From the NCBI GenBank assembly GCA_965246715.1, contig CBDFFH010000035.1, positions 1 to 64,000 on the forward strand: a stretch of 64,000 bases of DNA, given 5' to 3'. This DNA is from Chamaesiphon sp. Lineage in GTDB: Bacteria; Cyanobacteriota; Cyanobacteriia; Cyanobacteriales; Chamaesiphonaceae. This document shows, one piece after another, positions 54,124 to 64,000 of the stretch. The first letter of the stretch is position 1, and every line of letters begins with the position of its first letter. The notes under the pieces are model-generated. The model was not told where the DNA came from. It saw only the letters and a program-made list of their open reading frames with translations, and ran no database searches. A program made the translations under genes and the position numbers.

Positions 54124-54145
54124 CGATTGAGTGCTGCCAATTGGC

Positions 54146-55885
54146 TTAACGCAGTAAATCTTCTAACTGATTTTGACCGCACAACCATTGATACATGCCT
54201 TTTTGAGCGAGTAACTCCTGATGAGTACCAGTTTGGACGATTTCACCTTTATCCATCACAAACACACGATCGGCTGTCGAAGCAGCAGATAATTGATGGG
54301 TGATGAAGATGACAGTACGTTTTTTTCCCGCTTGGGACAGATTTTGAAGAATGGCTGTAGCTGTCTGATTATCGACACTAGAGAGCGCATCATCCAGAAT
54401 TGCGATCGGTGCATCGAGCAGCAGCGCGCGCGCCAAGGCTGTCCGCTGGCGTTGTCCGCCGGAAAGGGTAATGCCGCGTTCGCCGACGATCGTGTCATAC
54501 TGTTGGGGAAAATTTAGTACTTCCAGGTGAATTTGACCCAGCTTAGCTGCGGCTTCTACCTTGGCTCGCTCGGCTTGGGGGTCGCCATAGCGGATATTAT
54601 TCTCGATCGTGGTACTAAATAAAAAGCTATCTTGCGGTACATAAGCGATCGCCTGGCGCAAATTATCTAAACTTAATTTAGTCACATCATAACCATCGAT
54701 AAAAATACTATTTTCAGGTACTTCTAACAACCGTGGCAACATATTTGCCAATGTAGATTTACCCGATCCGATCGGGCCGACGATCGCGATCGTTTCGCCT
54801 GGTTCGATTGTAAAATTAATATTTTTAAGTGCTGGCGTAACTGCCCCAATATGGGTGTAGCTAAGGTCGCGTACTACGATTTGCCCGTTAAAGCGAGTAT
54901 CTAAGTGAATCGAATTGGGAGTATCGGCAATCTTGGGCCGATTGAATAAAATTGCTTCTACTCGATCGATACTAACTTCCCCGCGTTGAAATGCTGTAAT
55001 TGTAAATCCTAATAAAGCAGTTGGAAAGATCAGGTTTTGGGCAAAGATAATTAATGATAAAAAGCCACCAACTTGAATCTGTCCGCTCGCGATCGCAAGT
55101 CCACCCTGCCATAATAAAACGAGTAAACTGATCGATGCTAACCCCTGAATAATCGGGAAGATCGTGTTTCGCGATTCTGCTAATTTGAGATTGGAGTCAA
55201 ATAATTCTTGATTCTTTTTCCGAAAGGCTTTGCGTTCGTTTTCTTCTTGCGCGTAGATTTTGATCAGCGCGATCCCACTCATGTCCTCCTGAATCAACTC
55301 GCTCAAATCAGAGATCGACTCTTGCACTGTTACTTGCTGATCGCGCAGTTGCCTACTAAATAGCTGCACGATAATCAGCATCAGTGGATAGACTGCTAAT
55401 GCGAGTAGCGTTAATCTCACATCGATCGATAACATTGCCGGTAAAGTCAGTGCATAGGCAAAGATAATATTTGCCGTGCTGAGTACGGCAAAGCCCACCA
55501 ACCGCATGATATTTTCCACGTCACTCGTGAACCGATTGACTAGATCTCCCACTGTTGTCGTGGCAAAATAACCCGGCTCTAGTTCCAAAATATGCTCGAA
55601 AATCCCCTGCTTCATCGTCGCTTGAACTTTGCGACCAACCCCAAAAATCAGAATCCGGGAAACCATCCGCACCACCCACATCAACGAGGTCAATCCGACG
55701 ATCGCTAGTGCTAGTTGTGTTAGATAGTCGCTATTGAGGGATACTTTCAGTCGATCGATTCCCTCCCGAATCAAGAGCGGAATATAGACACTCAAAGCAT
55801 TGACGACAAACAGCGCACCGATACCCTGTAATGTCTGCAATTTATAAGGTTTGAGATAATTAAGCAGCTTTTGGAAACGAGACAT
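54146..55885 (-). CDS. ABC transporter fused permease/ATPase (MdlA-like exporter)
   Basis: TM domain, GPIGSGKST, LSGGQRQR and LDDALS. Confidence 0.92.
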   Translation of the reverse strand: MSRFQKLLNYLKPYKLQTLQGIGALFVVNALSVYIPLLIREGIDRLKVSLNSDYLTQLALAIVGLTSLMWVVRMVSRILIFGVGRKVQATMKQGIFEHILELEPGYFATTTVGDLVNRFTSDVENIMRLVGFAVLSTANIIFAYALTLPAMLSIDVRLTLLALAVYPLMLIIVQLFSRQLRDQQVTVQESISDLSELIQEDMSGIALIKIYAQEENERKAFRKKNQELFDSNLKLAESRNTIFPIIQGLASISLLVLLWQGGLAIASGQIQVGGFLSLIIFAQNLIFPTALLGFTITAFQRGEVSIDRVEAILFNRPKIADTPNSIHLDTRFNGQIVVRDLSYTHIGAVTPALKNINFTIEPGETIAIVGPIGSGKSTLANMLPRLLEVPENSIFIDGYDVTKLSLDNLRQAIAYVPQDSFLFSTTIENNIRYGDPQAERAKVEAAAKLGQIHLEVLNFPQQYDTIVGERGITLSGGQRQRTALARALLLDAPIAILDDALSSVDNQTATAILQNLSQAGKKRTVIFITHQLSAASTADRVFVMDKGEIVQTGTHQELLAQKGMYQWLCGQNQLEDLLR

Positions 55886-56035
55886 GGGGAAATTGTGAAT
55901 TATGATTATGAATTATGGCAGCATTTCAAGATCGGGTAGAAACATACCCTAACGCAGATAAACTTTGTGTGATAAAATCATAGGTTTGTGGCACTGTCTC
56001 AAATATAGCTCAGATAGCTTAAATAGAAATCGATT

Positions 56036-56494
56036 ATGGCAAAGCGCGTACAGTTAGTTTTAACCCAAGATGTCCGCAAACTGGGCAAAAATGGTGATGT
56101 TGTCGAAGTAGCTCCAGGCTATGCTCGCAATTACCTACTCCCTCAGAAGATTGCAACACACGTCACCCCTGGCATCCTCAAGCAAGCAGAAAAGCGTCGG
56201 GAAATCGAACGCCTGAGACTATTGGCACTCAAAGAAGTTGCATTAACTCAAAAAGCAGCGATCGATAAAGTCGGTAAATTCTCGATCTCCAAGCAAGTTG
56301 GTGAAAATGAGGCAATTTTTGGTACCGTTACCACAGCTGAAGTTGCTGAAGTCATTAAAGAAGTTACCGGACAAGAGATCGACAAACGCGATATCACGGT
56401 TCCCGATGTCGCTAAGATCGGTACTTACAAAGCCGAACTCAAGCTTCACCCCGAAGTCATCGTTAGTGTCGAGATCGAGGTTGTCTCTAAGTAA
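56036..56494 (+). CDS. rplI: 50S ribosomal protein L9
   Basis: [19 protein letters not shown] and FGTVT motifs. Confidence 0.97.
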   Translation: MAKRVQLVLTQDVRKLGKNGDVVEVAPGYARNYLLPQKIATHVTPGILKQAEKRREIERLRLLALKEVALTQKAAIDKVGKFSISKQVGENEAIFGTVTTAEVAEVIKEVTGQEIDKRDITVPDVAKIGTYKAELKLHPEVIVSVEIEVVSK

Positions 56495-56733
56495 CTTTCA
56501 GCGCTCGGTAGGAACTGCTACGCGAACGTCCAGCGTGTGCGTAGCAAATCCAGCTTCAGATTTAGTTGTAATATAAATCGTAGGCTGTGGGTACCGATCG
56601 AAACCAGGTATAATAGTACTAATTTACGCTCGATCGGGTATCCACAAGGGGCACCCCTACGTATATTTTCCGCCTCATGCTCCCCTCAAAAAAGGGATTG
56701 GGGATGGGTTCTATTCCTTACGCGCCCTCTCTA

Positions 56734-58938
56734 ATGGCAGAAACACCTAACTTTCGATCGACGAATCTGATCCCACCACAGAATATTGAAGTTGAGGAAG
56801 CCATTTTAGGCGGGATTTTACTCGATCCGGAAGCAATCGGGCGGGTTGCCGAAAAGCTAATTCCTGAAGCATTTTATACGCCAACTCATGTCGATATTTA
56901 TAAGGCAGCTTTAGCCTTAAATGGACTTGGTAAACCGACGGACTTGCTCACACTTACCGACTGGTTGATCGACCAAAAACAATTAGAAAGAATTGGTGGA
57001 CAAGCTAAATTAATTCAACTTTTAGAACGAACTGTGAGTGCGGTAAATATCGACTCACTAGCAGTTCTAGTAATGGATAAATATATCCGGCGCGAACTAA
57101 TTAAAGCAGGTACAGAAGTAACTCAGCTCGGCTATGCTGCCGATCGACCGTTAGAAATCGTCCTTGACGAGTCAGAGCAACAAATATTGAATTTAACCCA
57201 AGCCAGACCGAAGCAAGGGTTAACGCCGATTAAAGAAATCGTTACCACCACATATCAAGATATCCAAGATCGCCACGATAAAATTATCCCCCCAGGGTTG
57301 ACCAGTGATTTTAGCGATCTCGATGGAATGACAGGCGGATTTCAGCGATCGGATTTAATTATTATTGCTGGTCGCCCATCAATGGGCAAGTGTTTAGTGC
57401 ATGATGCAAAAATATTATTAGCAGATGGAAGTATTGTCAAAATAGCTGAGATTTATAAGCAAAAGCAAGCTGAGTTATTAACACTAGGTAGTAACTCAAA
57501 ATTTCACACTACTCAACCTTCAGCTTTTATTAATGATGGTATTAAACCAGTATTCAAAGTTACAACAAGATTGGGCAGATCGATCGAGACTACGATTACT
57601 CATCCTTATTTAACGATTCAAGGCTGGAAGCGACTTGTAGATCTTAAGGTTGGTGATAAGATTGGTATACCGAGTGTGCTACCAGTTTTTGGTTCAAAAA
57701 TATTGCCAGATAGTCAATTATCAGATTGGATTAATCAAGTAGAATTATGGGGTAGTTATTGCGAGGATACACCTATCCCTTTCTATATATTCAATTTAAT
57801 AAAGTCTCAAATAGGGCTATTTTTGCGTTGTTTGTTTGCTACCAATACTTGGGTGATAGTATCGCAAGAAAAAAGACATCAAATCCTTTGTCGATTGAAG
57901 ACAAAAGAGATAGCTCAACAGGTTCAACACTTATTGCTAAGATTTGGAATTATAAGCTCGATCGAATTTAGTCATTCAAAGGATATAGATATTGAATGGA
58001 AATTAAGCATAGAAGAAGATAGGTCACTCGAAATATTTGTCAATGAAATAGGAGTTTTAGGCAAAGAGTGTGAGATCGAACAATTGTCATTATCTTTATG
58101 CAAAAACTGTTCCAAGGAAGATCGAGAACTAGGTCATATTTACTGGGATGAAATTGTCTCAATCGAGTATACCGGAGACAAACAAGTCTACGATCTAACT
58201 ATTCCCGATACTCACAACTTTGTCGCTAACGACATTTGCGTGCATAATACGGCGATCAGTCTAAATATTGCCTACAATATGGCAAGACTTCATAAATTAC
58301 CAGTACTAGTATTTAGCTTGGAAATGTCCAAGGATCAATTAGTTCAAAGATTGATTGCTAGTGAAGCTGGAGTAGATAGCAATCGCTTACGTGCTGGGCG
58401 AATCAGTCCAAATGAATGGGACTCGGTATATAAAGCAGTCGATCGGATTTCAGAGTTGCCGATCTTTATCGATGACAATGCCAGTATGATGCTGATGGAA
58501 ATGCGGAGTCAAGCCCGTAAACTGCAAGCAGAACACGGCGGACAATTGGGTTTAATTATGATCGATTACCTCCAATTGATGGAAGGCGGTGGCGATAATC
58601 GCGTTCAAGAAATCTCTAAGATTACGCGCGGCTTGAAAGGATTGGCACGGGAATTGCAAGTACCATTGATCGCACTATCTCAGCTAAGCCGCAGTGTAGA
58701 AGCGAGAAATAACAAGCGTCCGATGATGTCAGATTTGCGAGAATCAGGTAGTATCGAGCAGGATGCAGATTTGATTGTCATGTTATATCGCGATGCTTAT
58801 TACAATCCCGATACACCAGATCGAGATATCACGGAACTCATTATTACCAAGCATCGAAATGGCCCAACAGGTGTAGTCAAACTAGTTTTCGATCCAGCTT
58901 TAACTAAGTTTAAAAACTTAGCTCGTCCGATGAATTAA
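56734..58938 (+). CDS. dnaB: Replicative DNA helicase DnaB with intein
   Basis: PPQNIEVEEAILG, GRPSMGK|T, FSLEMS, IDYLQL and DLRESGSIEQDAD. Confidence 0.96.
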   Translation: MAETPNFRSTNLIPPQNIEVEEAILGGILLDPEAIGRVAEKLIPEAFYTPTHVDIYKAALALNGLGKPTDLLTLTDWLIDQKQLERIGGQAKLIQLLERTVSAVNIDSLAVLVMDKYIRRELIKAGTEVTQLGYAADRPLEIVLDESEQQILNLTQARPKQGLTPIKEIVTTTYQDIQDRHDKIIPPGLTSDFSDLDGMTGGFQRSDLIIIAGRPSMGKCLVHDAKILLADGSIVKIAEIYKQKQAELLTLGSNSKFHTTQPSAFINDGIKPVFKVTTRLGRSIETTITHPYLTIQGWKRLVDLKVGDKIGIPSVLPVFGSKILPDSQLSDWINQVELWGSYCEDTPIPFYIFNLIKSQIGLFLRCLFATNTWVIVSQEKRHQILCRLKTKEIAQQVQHLLLRFGIISSIEFSHSKDIDIEWKLSIEEDRSLEIFVNEIGVLGKECEIEQLSLSLCKNCSKEDRELGHIYWDEIVSIEYTGDKQVYDLTIPDTHNFVANDICVHNTAISLNIAYNMARLHKLPVLVFSLEMSKDQLVQRLIASEAGVDSNRLRAGRISPNEWDSVYKAVDRISELPIFIDDNASMMLMEMRSQARKLQAEHGGQLGLIMIDYLQLMEGGGDNRVQEISKITRGLKGLARELQVPLIALSQLSRSVEARNNKRPMMSDLRESGSIEQDADLIVMLYRDAYYNPDTPDRDITELIITKHRNGPTGVVKLVFDPALTKFKNLARPMN
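57391..58248 (+). mobile_element. 286-aa intein in the DnaB P-loop with degenerate endonuclease
   Basis: Starts CLVHD, block B TITHPYL, ends VYDL..HNFVANDICVHN before T. Confidence 0.92.
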
Positions 58939-59008
58939 AGCTTGGCGGTTGAAACCGCAACTAGATAAACAAAACCTGCCTACGCAGGTTAAAAACTAAG
59001 ACTATCTA

Positions 59009-59238
59009 ACGTCAGTTCTGGATAAGAAAAGTTAATTTGCTTCGTTCTAGCACCGCCCTGAACTATAAGTTCGGGCTAATAGCTCAAGTTCTCTGAAGAG
59101 AACTGCCAAATTAATTAGTTCGTTTCAACGAACTTTTGCTGTTAGCCCCAAATTCATTTGAGGGCGATGCAGAAACGAAGCTAGGAGTCATCGATTACCT
59201 ACGCTAAGCGAACGGAAATCCTTAACAAGAACTCACGT
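59009..59238. mobile_element. MITE, ACGTGAGTTCGGG-end family, TSD TATCTA
   Basis: tatcta at 59003-59008 and 59239-59244. Confidence 0.85.
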
Positions 59239-59285
59239 TATCTAGGCGCAGTTTTAATCGCCAGCACTAATGACTGATAACTAAA

Positions 59286-60128
59286 ATGACTTTGAATATT
59301 CGCGGTAAAAATTTCAATTGGGGCGATCGCACATATATTATGGGCGTATTGAATGTGACTCCCGATAGTTTTAGCGATGGGGGAAAGTTTCACACGGTGG
59401 ATGCCGCATTAGCACAATCGGCGAAGATGGTAGCCGCAGGTGCAGATATCCTCGATATCGGGGGCGAATCGACCAAACCAGGGGCTGCACCTGTAGACGA
59501 GCAGATAGAATTAATGCGAGTTATTCCCGTAATCGAAGCTATTCGCAAGCATCCAAATATTGGCGAGATCCCGATTTCGATCGATACTACCAAAGCCGTA
59601 GTAGCCCAAGCTGCAATTTTAGCAGGTGCGGATATCGTCAATGATGTCTCTGGCGGCAAATTCGACCCGCAGATGCTGCCAACAGTCGGTCGGCTGGGGA
59701 TACCCTATATCCTGATGCACATGCGCGGTACGCCAGCGACGATGTCACAGATGACCGATTATGTCGATGTCGTCGAGGAAGTGTATAACTTTTTGCAAGT
59801 ACAGATCGATCGAGCCGTCGAGTGTGGAATCGATCGATCTCAGATTATTATCGATCCAGGTATTGGTTTTGCCAAAAAGTATCAGCAAAGTATCGAGCTA
59901 ATTCGGCAACTCGATCGATTTGCGACCCTAGATTTGCCGCTATTAATCGGCGTATCGCGTAAAAGTTTTATCGGTAAGATTCTCGATCGATCCGACCCGA
60001 ACGAACGGTTGTGGGGCACGGCAGCCGCCTGTTGTGCGGCAGTCGCTCGGGGTGCGGATATCATGCGCGTTCATGATGTCGCCGAAATGGTCGATGTGTG
60101 TCGGGTTGCCGATGTGTTGTTTCGGTAG
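59286..60128 (+). CDS. folP: Dihydropteroate synthase
   Basis: MGVLNVTPDSFSDGG, DIGGESTKPG, DPGIGF, SRKSF and RVHDV. Confidence 0.96.
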   Translation: MTLNIRGKNFNWGDRTYIMGVLNVTPDSFSDGGKFHTVDAALAQSAKMVAAGADILDIGGESTKPGAAPVDEQIELMRVIPVIEAIRKHPNIGEIPISIDTTKAVVAQAAILAGADIVNDVSGGKFDPQMLPTVGRLGIPYILMHMRGTPATMSQMTDYVDVVEEVYNFLQVQIDRAVECGIDRSQIIIDPGIGFAKKYQQSIELIRQLDRFATLDLPLLIGVSRKSFIGKILDRSDPNERLWGTAAACCAAVARGADIMRVHDVAEMVDVCRVADVLFR

Positions 60129-60279
60129 TATACATGCAGGTGTTGCTGGTAACTCGTGAGTGCCAGCAAGTGGATTGCCACGGATAAAAGCGATCGCTAG
60201 TATACTTACAGTGTGCCGGAATCGATCCCAGAGATCGACCGCCAAACCCATTTGTTAGCCACCAGTCACTCGCCACCCC

Positions 60280-61197
60280 GTGCAAACACATTCATCTCTC
60301 GCCGACGTATCTACTCCTACCGCGATAGCTCTGGGTAACTTTGATGGCATTCATCGGGGTCATTTGGAGGTAATCCAGCCCGTTCTAGACTGGCAGGACG
60401 CGGCTGTGTGGAAGACTGTGGTGACATTCGATCCGCATCCGCAAGAATATTTCACGGGACAATCGCGGCAATTATTAACACCCCAAGCCGAACGCGCTGC
60501 AATTTTAGAGCAGTTGGGGGTTCAGCAAGTCGTATTATTGGCATTCGATCGCAAATTAACGAAATTATCTCCAGAGGAGTTTGTCGCGCAGATTTTAGTC
60601 AGGCAGTTACAGGCGCGATTTGTGAGTGTCGGCGAAGATTTTCGCTTTGGCAATCAGCGCGCGGGTGCAGCTAGCGATTTGGTGTCGATTACGGCAAATT
60701 ATCAGATCCAGACGCGGATTGTACCGCTAGAGACAAACCAAGATACGCGGATTAGTAGTTCCCGCATTCGTGCGGCATTACTTGCTGCGGATCTGGAGTT
60801 GGTGCGAGAATTATTAGGACGATATTACTCGCTCGTCGGTACGGTCATAAACGGTCAACAAATTGGCAGATCGATCGGCTTTCCAACTGCTAATCTCAAT
60901 TATCCGGCGGAAAAGTTTTTACCCCGTCAGGGTATCTATGCGGTGCGAGTGGATACGCTTGACGCTACTCAATTACCTGGGGTGATGAATATCGGCAAAC
61001 GCCCAACGGTAAATGGAGTGAATACGACTGTTGAAGTCCATCTGCTCGACTGGGATGGCAATCTTTACGGGCAAGAGCTTACAGTTTACCTGCATCAGTT
61101 TATTCGATCGGAACAAAAATTCCCCTCGCTCACTGCATTAACAGCACAAATTCATGCTGATTGCGATACAGCTAGAGCATTTTTTCAGATGAGTTAG
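60280..61197 (+). CDS. ribF: Bifunctional riboflavin kinase/FAD synthetase
   Basis: GNFDGIHRGH, ISSSRIR, GFPTAN and EVHLLD. Confidence 0.95.
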   Translation: MQTHSSLADVSTPTAIALGNFDGIHRGHLEVIQPVLDWQDAAVWKTVVTFDPHPQEYFTGQSRQLLTPQAERAAILEQLGVQQVVLLAFDRKLTKLSPEEFVAQILVRQLQARFVSVGEDFRFGNQRAGAASDLVSITANYQIQTRIVPLETNQDTRISSSRIRAALLAADLELVRELLGRYYSLVGTVINGQQIGRSIGFPTANLNYPAEKFLPRQGIYAVRVDTLDATQLPGVMNIGKRPTVNGVNTTVEVHLLDWDGNLYGQELTVYLHQFIRSEQKFPSLTALTAQIHADCDTARAFFQMS

Positions 61198-61294
61198 ACG
61201 GTGTTTTGGATTGCTGACATATCACCTGCCTGGTTTCCGAAATTTTCGATCGATCTAATGGATCTTTTAGAATATCCAACTTCGCCGAAAACAT

Positions 61295-61564
61295 ATGAAA
61301 ATCACAGCTATTATCGCTCTCAGTTTTGGCATCGTCACCCTGGGAGCAAGCTTACCTGCATTTGCCGAATCAGTGCAGTTTAACCAAAATATTCCCAAGA
61401 TTAAAGTAGAAGATTTCACTCGGCGGCGGACAACGGAGCCAAAAACTCAACAATGCAATATTCAATGCATTACTACTCCCTGTCCTTGTACAGATAAAAT
61501 AACCGAGCGGAATGATGGTAAACAACGAGATCGCGATAATAGCAGCAATAAATTCGATCGGTAA
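61295..61564 (+). CDS. Small secreted hypothetical protein with CNIQCITTPCPC motif
   Basis: Signal peptide ending AFA. Confidence 0.6.
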   Translation: MKITAIIALSFGIVTLGASLPAFAESVQFNQNIPKIKVEDFTRRRTTEPKTQQCNIQCITTPCPCTDKITERNDGKQRDRDNSSNKFDR

Positions 61565-61616
61565 AAATAAGGCAATACAACTAAGCTCCTAGCTAGAGGA
61601 TCGATATTTGTGCTTA

Positions 61617-61755
61617 CTCACATCTTGCACCAATACTAGAGATATTATTACTGCGGCGACGCGAGGGTACCCACAAGGGGCACCCCTACAAGTTATTTGT
61701 AGGGGTGCCCCTTGTAGGTACCGTGAAGATATACGGTAATTACTCAAGATGTGAG
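61617..61755. mobile_element. MITE with CTCACATCTTG ends and 4-bp TSD CTTA, carrying an inverted REP doublet
   Basis: ctta at 61613-61616 and 61756-61759; internal caaggggcacccctac / gtaggggtgccccttg. Confidence 0.7.
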
Positions 61756-61763
61756 CTTAGCTA

Positions 61764-62001
61764 ACGTCAGTTCGGGTTAAGAAAAATTGATTTGCTCCGC
61801 TCCAGCACCGCCCTGAACTGGAAGTGTCTCGTTCCGAGAGGCTTCGCCAACGGGCTAATAACTCAAGTTCTCGTAAAGAGAACTGCCAGATCGATTAGTT
61901 CGTTTCAACGAACTTTTGCTATGAGCAACTAATTCATTTGAGGGCGGTGCAGAGACGAAGCTAGGAGTCATTGATGGGAAATCCTTATCCCGAACTGACG
62001 T
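61764..62001. mobile_element. MITE, ACGTGAGTTCGGG-end family, TSD TAGCTA
   Basis: tagcta at 61758-61763 and 62002-62007. Confidence 0.88.
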
Positions 62002-62017
62002 TAGCTACTCACCCAAT

Positions 62018-63514
62018 TTACGAACTACTGCGCCCACAGATCTCGGTCAAACTTTTCAAGCGCAATTGAATCGGTTCGTTGAGCACATTAGCATCGTAGC
62101 GCCATTCCCAATTACCTTCAGCTACACCTGGAAAATTCATCCGCGCCGCACCACCCAAACCCAAGATATCTTGGAGTGGAAAGATTGCAATACTCGCCAC
62201 CGAAGACATTGCTAGCCGAATCATATCCCAATGAACGCCATCAGCACCGATACCCCCAGCGTACAACATAAATCGATCGCGTTCGCGACCGCTGAGCTTT
62301 TCATACCAACCGACAGTCGTATCGTTATCGTGAGTGCCTGTATAAACTACGAAATTGCGTCCGTAATTAAAGGGTAAGAAGGGATTGCCATTATCCGAAC
62401 CGAAGGCAAATTGGAGGACTTTCATCCCTGGGAACCCAAACCGATCTCGCAAAGCTTCGACATCGGGGGTAATTACGCCCAAATCCTCAGCTAAAATCGG
62501 TATTCGTCCCCATTTATTTTGAATCGTGGCAAACAGTTCCGCCCCTGGAGCTTTAATCCAACGTCCATTCATTGCCGTCTCTTCACCCTGTTCGACCGCC
62601 CAAAATGCTTGAAAACCGCGAAAGTGATCGACCCGAATTACATCGACTAATTTGAGTAAAGATTCAAATCTTTGAATCCACCAATTGAATTGAGTATTTG
62701 ATAATTCTTCCCAGTTGTAGACTGGATTACCCCACAATTGTCCGGTTTCGCTAAAATAATCTGGTGGTACGCCAGCCATAAGTGCAGCGGCACCAGTGTC
62801 GGGATCGAGTTCAAAAAACTCTTGATTTGCCCAGACATCCGCGCTATCGTGAGCCACATAAATCGGAATATCACCGATGATTTCGATCTCGTGTTTGTGA
62901 GCGTAGTCTTTTAACTGTCCCCACTGCTCGAAAAATTTAAACTGGACAAATTTATGGTAGGCAATTTGTTCTTTAAGACTGTTTTGCCAGTGAATTAGAG
63001 CGAGTGGCTCCCGTTTGACTAAATTTGGCTCCCACTGGGGCCAACTTTTATCTTCATGTGCTTCGCGCACCGCCATGAAAAGTGCGTAATCATCCAACCA
63101 ATGGATCTGGCTCTGACAAAAGAGATCGAAATTGGCTTTGTGTTCGGGATCGATCGTATCGTGAAAGCGCTGGTAAGCCAGATGATATAATTTAGTTTTA
63201 ATCTCGATCGCTAGGTTAAAATCGACCTTATAGGTGGAAAATGTCGGCAAATGTTCCAAGTCGGATTGAGCTAACAGTCCATCCTCTAAAAGTTTAACCG
63301 GACTGATGAGTAAGGGATTGCCTGCGATCGCTGAATAACACATGTAGGGCGAGTTCCCATAACCCGTTGGCCCTAATGGTAAAATCTGCCAATATTTCTG
63401 ATTGGCATTGTGCAGGAAATCGATAAAGTCATATGCGTCTTGTCCCAAATCGCCAATCCCAAATGGGCTAGGAAGTGAAGTGGGATGGAGCAGAATTCCG
63501 CTAGAGCGAGTCAT
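62018..63514 (-). CDS. malQ: 4-alpha-glucanotransferase (amylomaltase)
   Basis: GILLHPTSLP, GVPPDYFS.TGQLWGNP, RVDHFRGF, AEDLG and YTGTHDNDT. Confidence 0.96.
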   Translation of the reverse strand: MTRSSGILLHPTSLPSPFGIGDLGQDAYDFIDFLHNANQKYWQILPLGPTGYGNSPYMCYSAIAGNPLLISPVKLLEDGLLAQSDLEHLPTFSTYKVDFNLAIEIKTKLYHLAYQRFHDTIDPEHKANFDLFCQSQIHWLDDYALFMAVREAHEDKSWPQWEPNLVKREPLALIHWQNSLKEQIAYHKFVQFKFFEQWGQLKDYAHKHEIEIIGDIPIYVAHDSADVWANQEFFELDPDTGAAALMAGVPPDYFSETGQLWGNPVYNWEELSNTQFNWWIQRFESLLKLVDVIRVDHFRGFQAFWAVEQGEETAMNGRWIKAPGAELFATIQNKWGRIPILAEDLGVITPDVEALRDRFGFPGMKVLQFAFGSDNGNPFLPFNYGRNFVVYTGTHDNDTTVGWYEKLSGRERDRFMLYAGGIGADGVHWDMIRLAMSSVASIAIFPLQDILGLGGAARMNFPGVAEGNWEWRYDANVLNEPIQLRLKSLTEICGRSSS

Positions 63515-63689
63515 AAGTTATGAGATAGGAAGTTGGAGATGAGGGGTAGTCAAGAACTGTAGGGGTGCCCCTTGCCTACGCCGAGCGAAGCCGAGGTATG
63601 AGTAACCGAGATTTACTACCAGTTTGTAGCAAACCACTTCGGAACCCACGCCGTCCTATCGGGCACCCCTCATTGGAGGGGATTTTTAG

Positions 63690-64000
63690 CTAGAACTTGA
63701 GAACCTTCGCTACAGTCTGGACATCTTTATCACCACGGCCCGAACAATTGATGACAATTTTAGGGCTACCAGTGAGTTGCGGACACAGCGTTTCGAGATA
63801 CGCGATCGCATGAGATGTTTCGAGAGCTGGTATAATTCCTTCGAGTTGCGATAATAATTGGAACGCGGTGAGCGCTTGAGCGTCAGTTACGCTGTAATAC
63901 TCAGCCCGTCCTAAATCTTTGAGGTAGCTATGTTCGGGGCCGACACCAGGATAGTCCAATCCGGCACTGATCGAATGTGCTTCGGTAACTTGACCGTCGC
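63690..64000 (-). CDS. trpB: Tryptophan synthase beta chain, C-terminal part
   Basis: [29 protein letters not shown] and SGRGDKD. Confidence 0.95.
   Translation of the reverse strand, partial: DGQVTEAHSISAGLDYPGVGPEHSYLKDLGRAEYYSVTDAQALTAFQLLSQLEGIIPALETSHAIAYLETLCPQLTGSPKIVINCSGRGDKDVQTVAKVLKF

Overview
A 64-kb cyanobacterial chromosomal segment. It is very rich in CGATCG/GCGATCGC (HIP1-type) words and carries psbU, sqdB and NDH-1 CO2-uptake genes; the sequence style suggests Chamaesiphon or a relative, but this is unverified. Housekeeping blocks: nrtC/nrtD-like ABC ATPases (nrtD frameshifted), secE-nusG-rplK-rplA with an L1 autoregulatory site, sigF, ndhF3-ndhD3-cupA-dedA-cupS, cruA, nadB, psbU, sqdB, ppk2, rplI-dnaB (with intein)-folP-ribF, malQ and trpB. 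Accessory content: (i) a metallophosphoesterase + Pol-beta (RlaP-like) nucleotidyltransferase + GNAT cluster; (ii) an eroded GNAT/AraC/mddA island; (iii) a CyRepA1-like replication protein preceded by a 57-bp direct repeat; (iv) a ~13-kb conflict island (41.4-54.1 kb) of orphan RHS toxin-tip/immunity cassettes (papain-fold, HINT-linked, AHH nuclease), interleaved with TA pairs, Rpn/DUF4351 pieces, IS remnants and a recurring REP-like junction. Intergenic DNA holds nested mini mobile elements: at least four MITE end types with target-site duplications, shared hairpin cargo, and 17-22-nt inserts at CG^ATC sites, one of which frameshifts a gene. All assignments come from motif recognition by eye; no searches were run.
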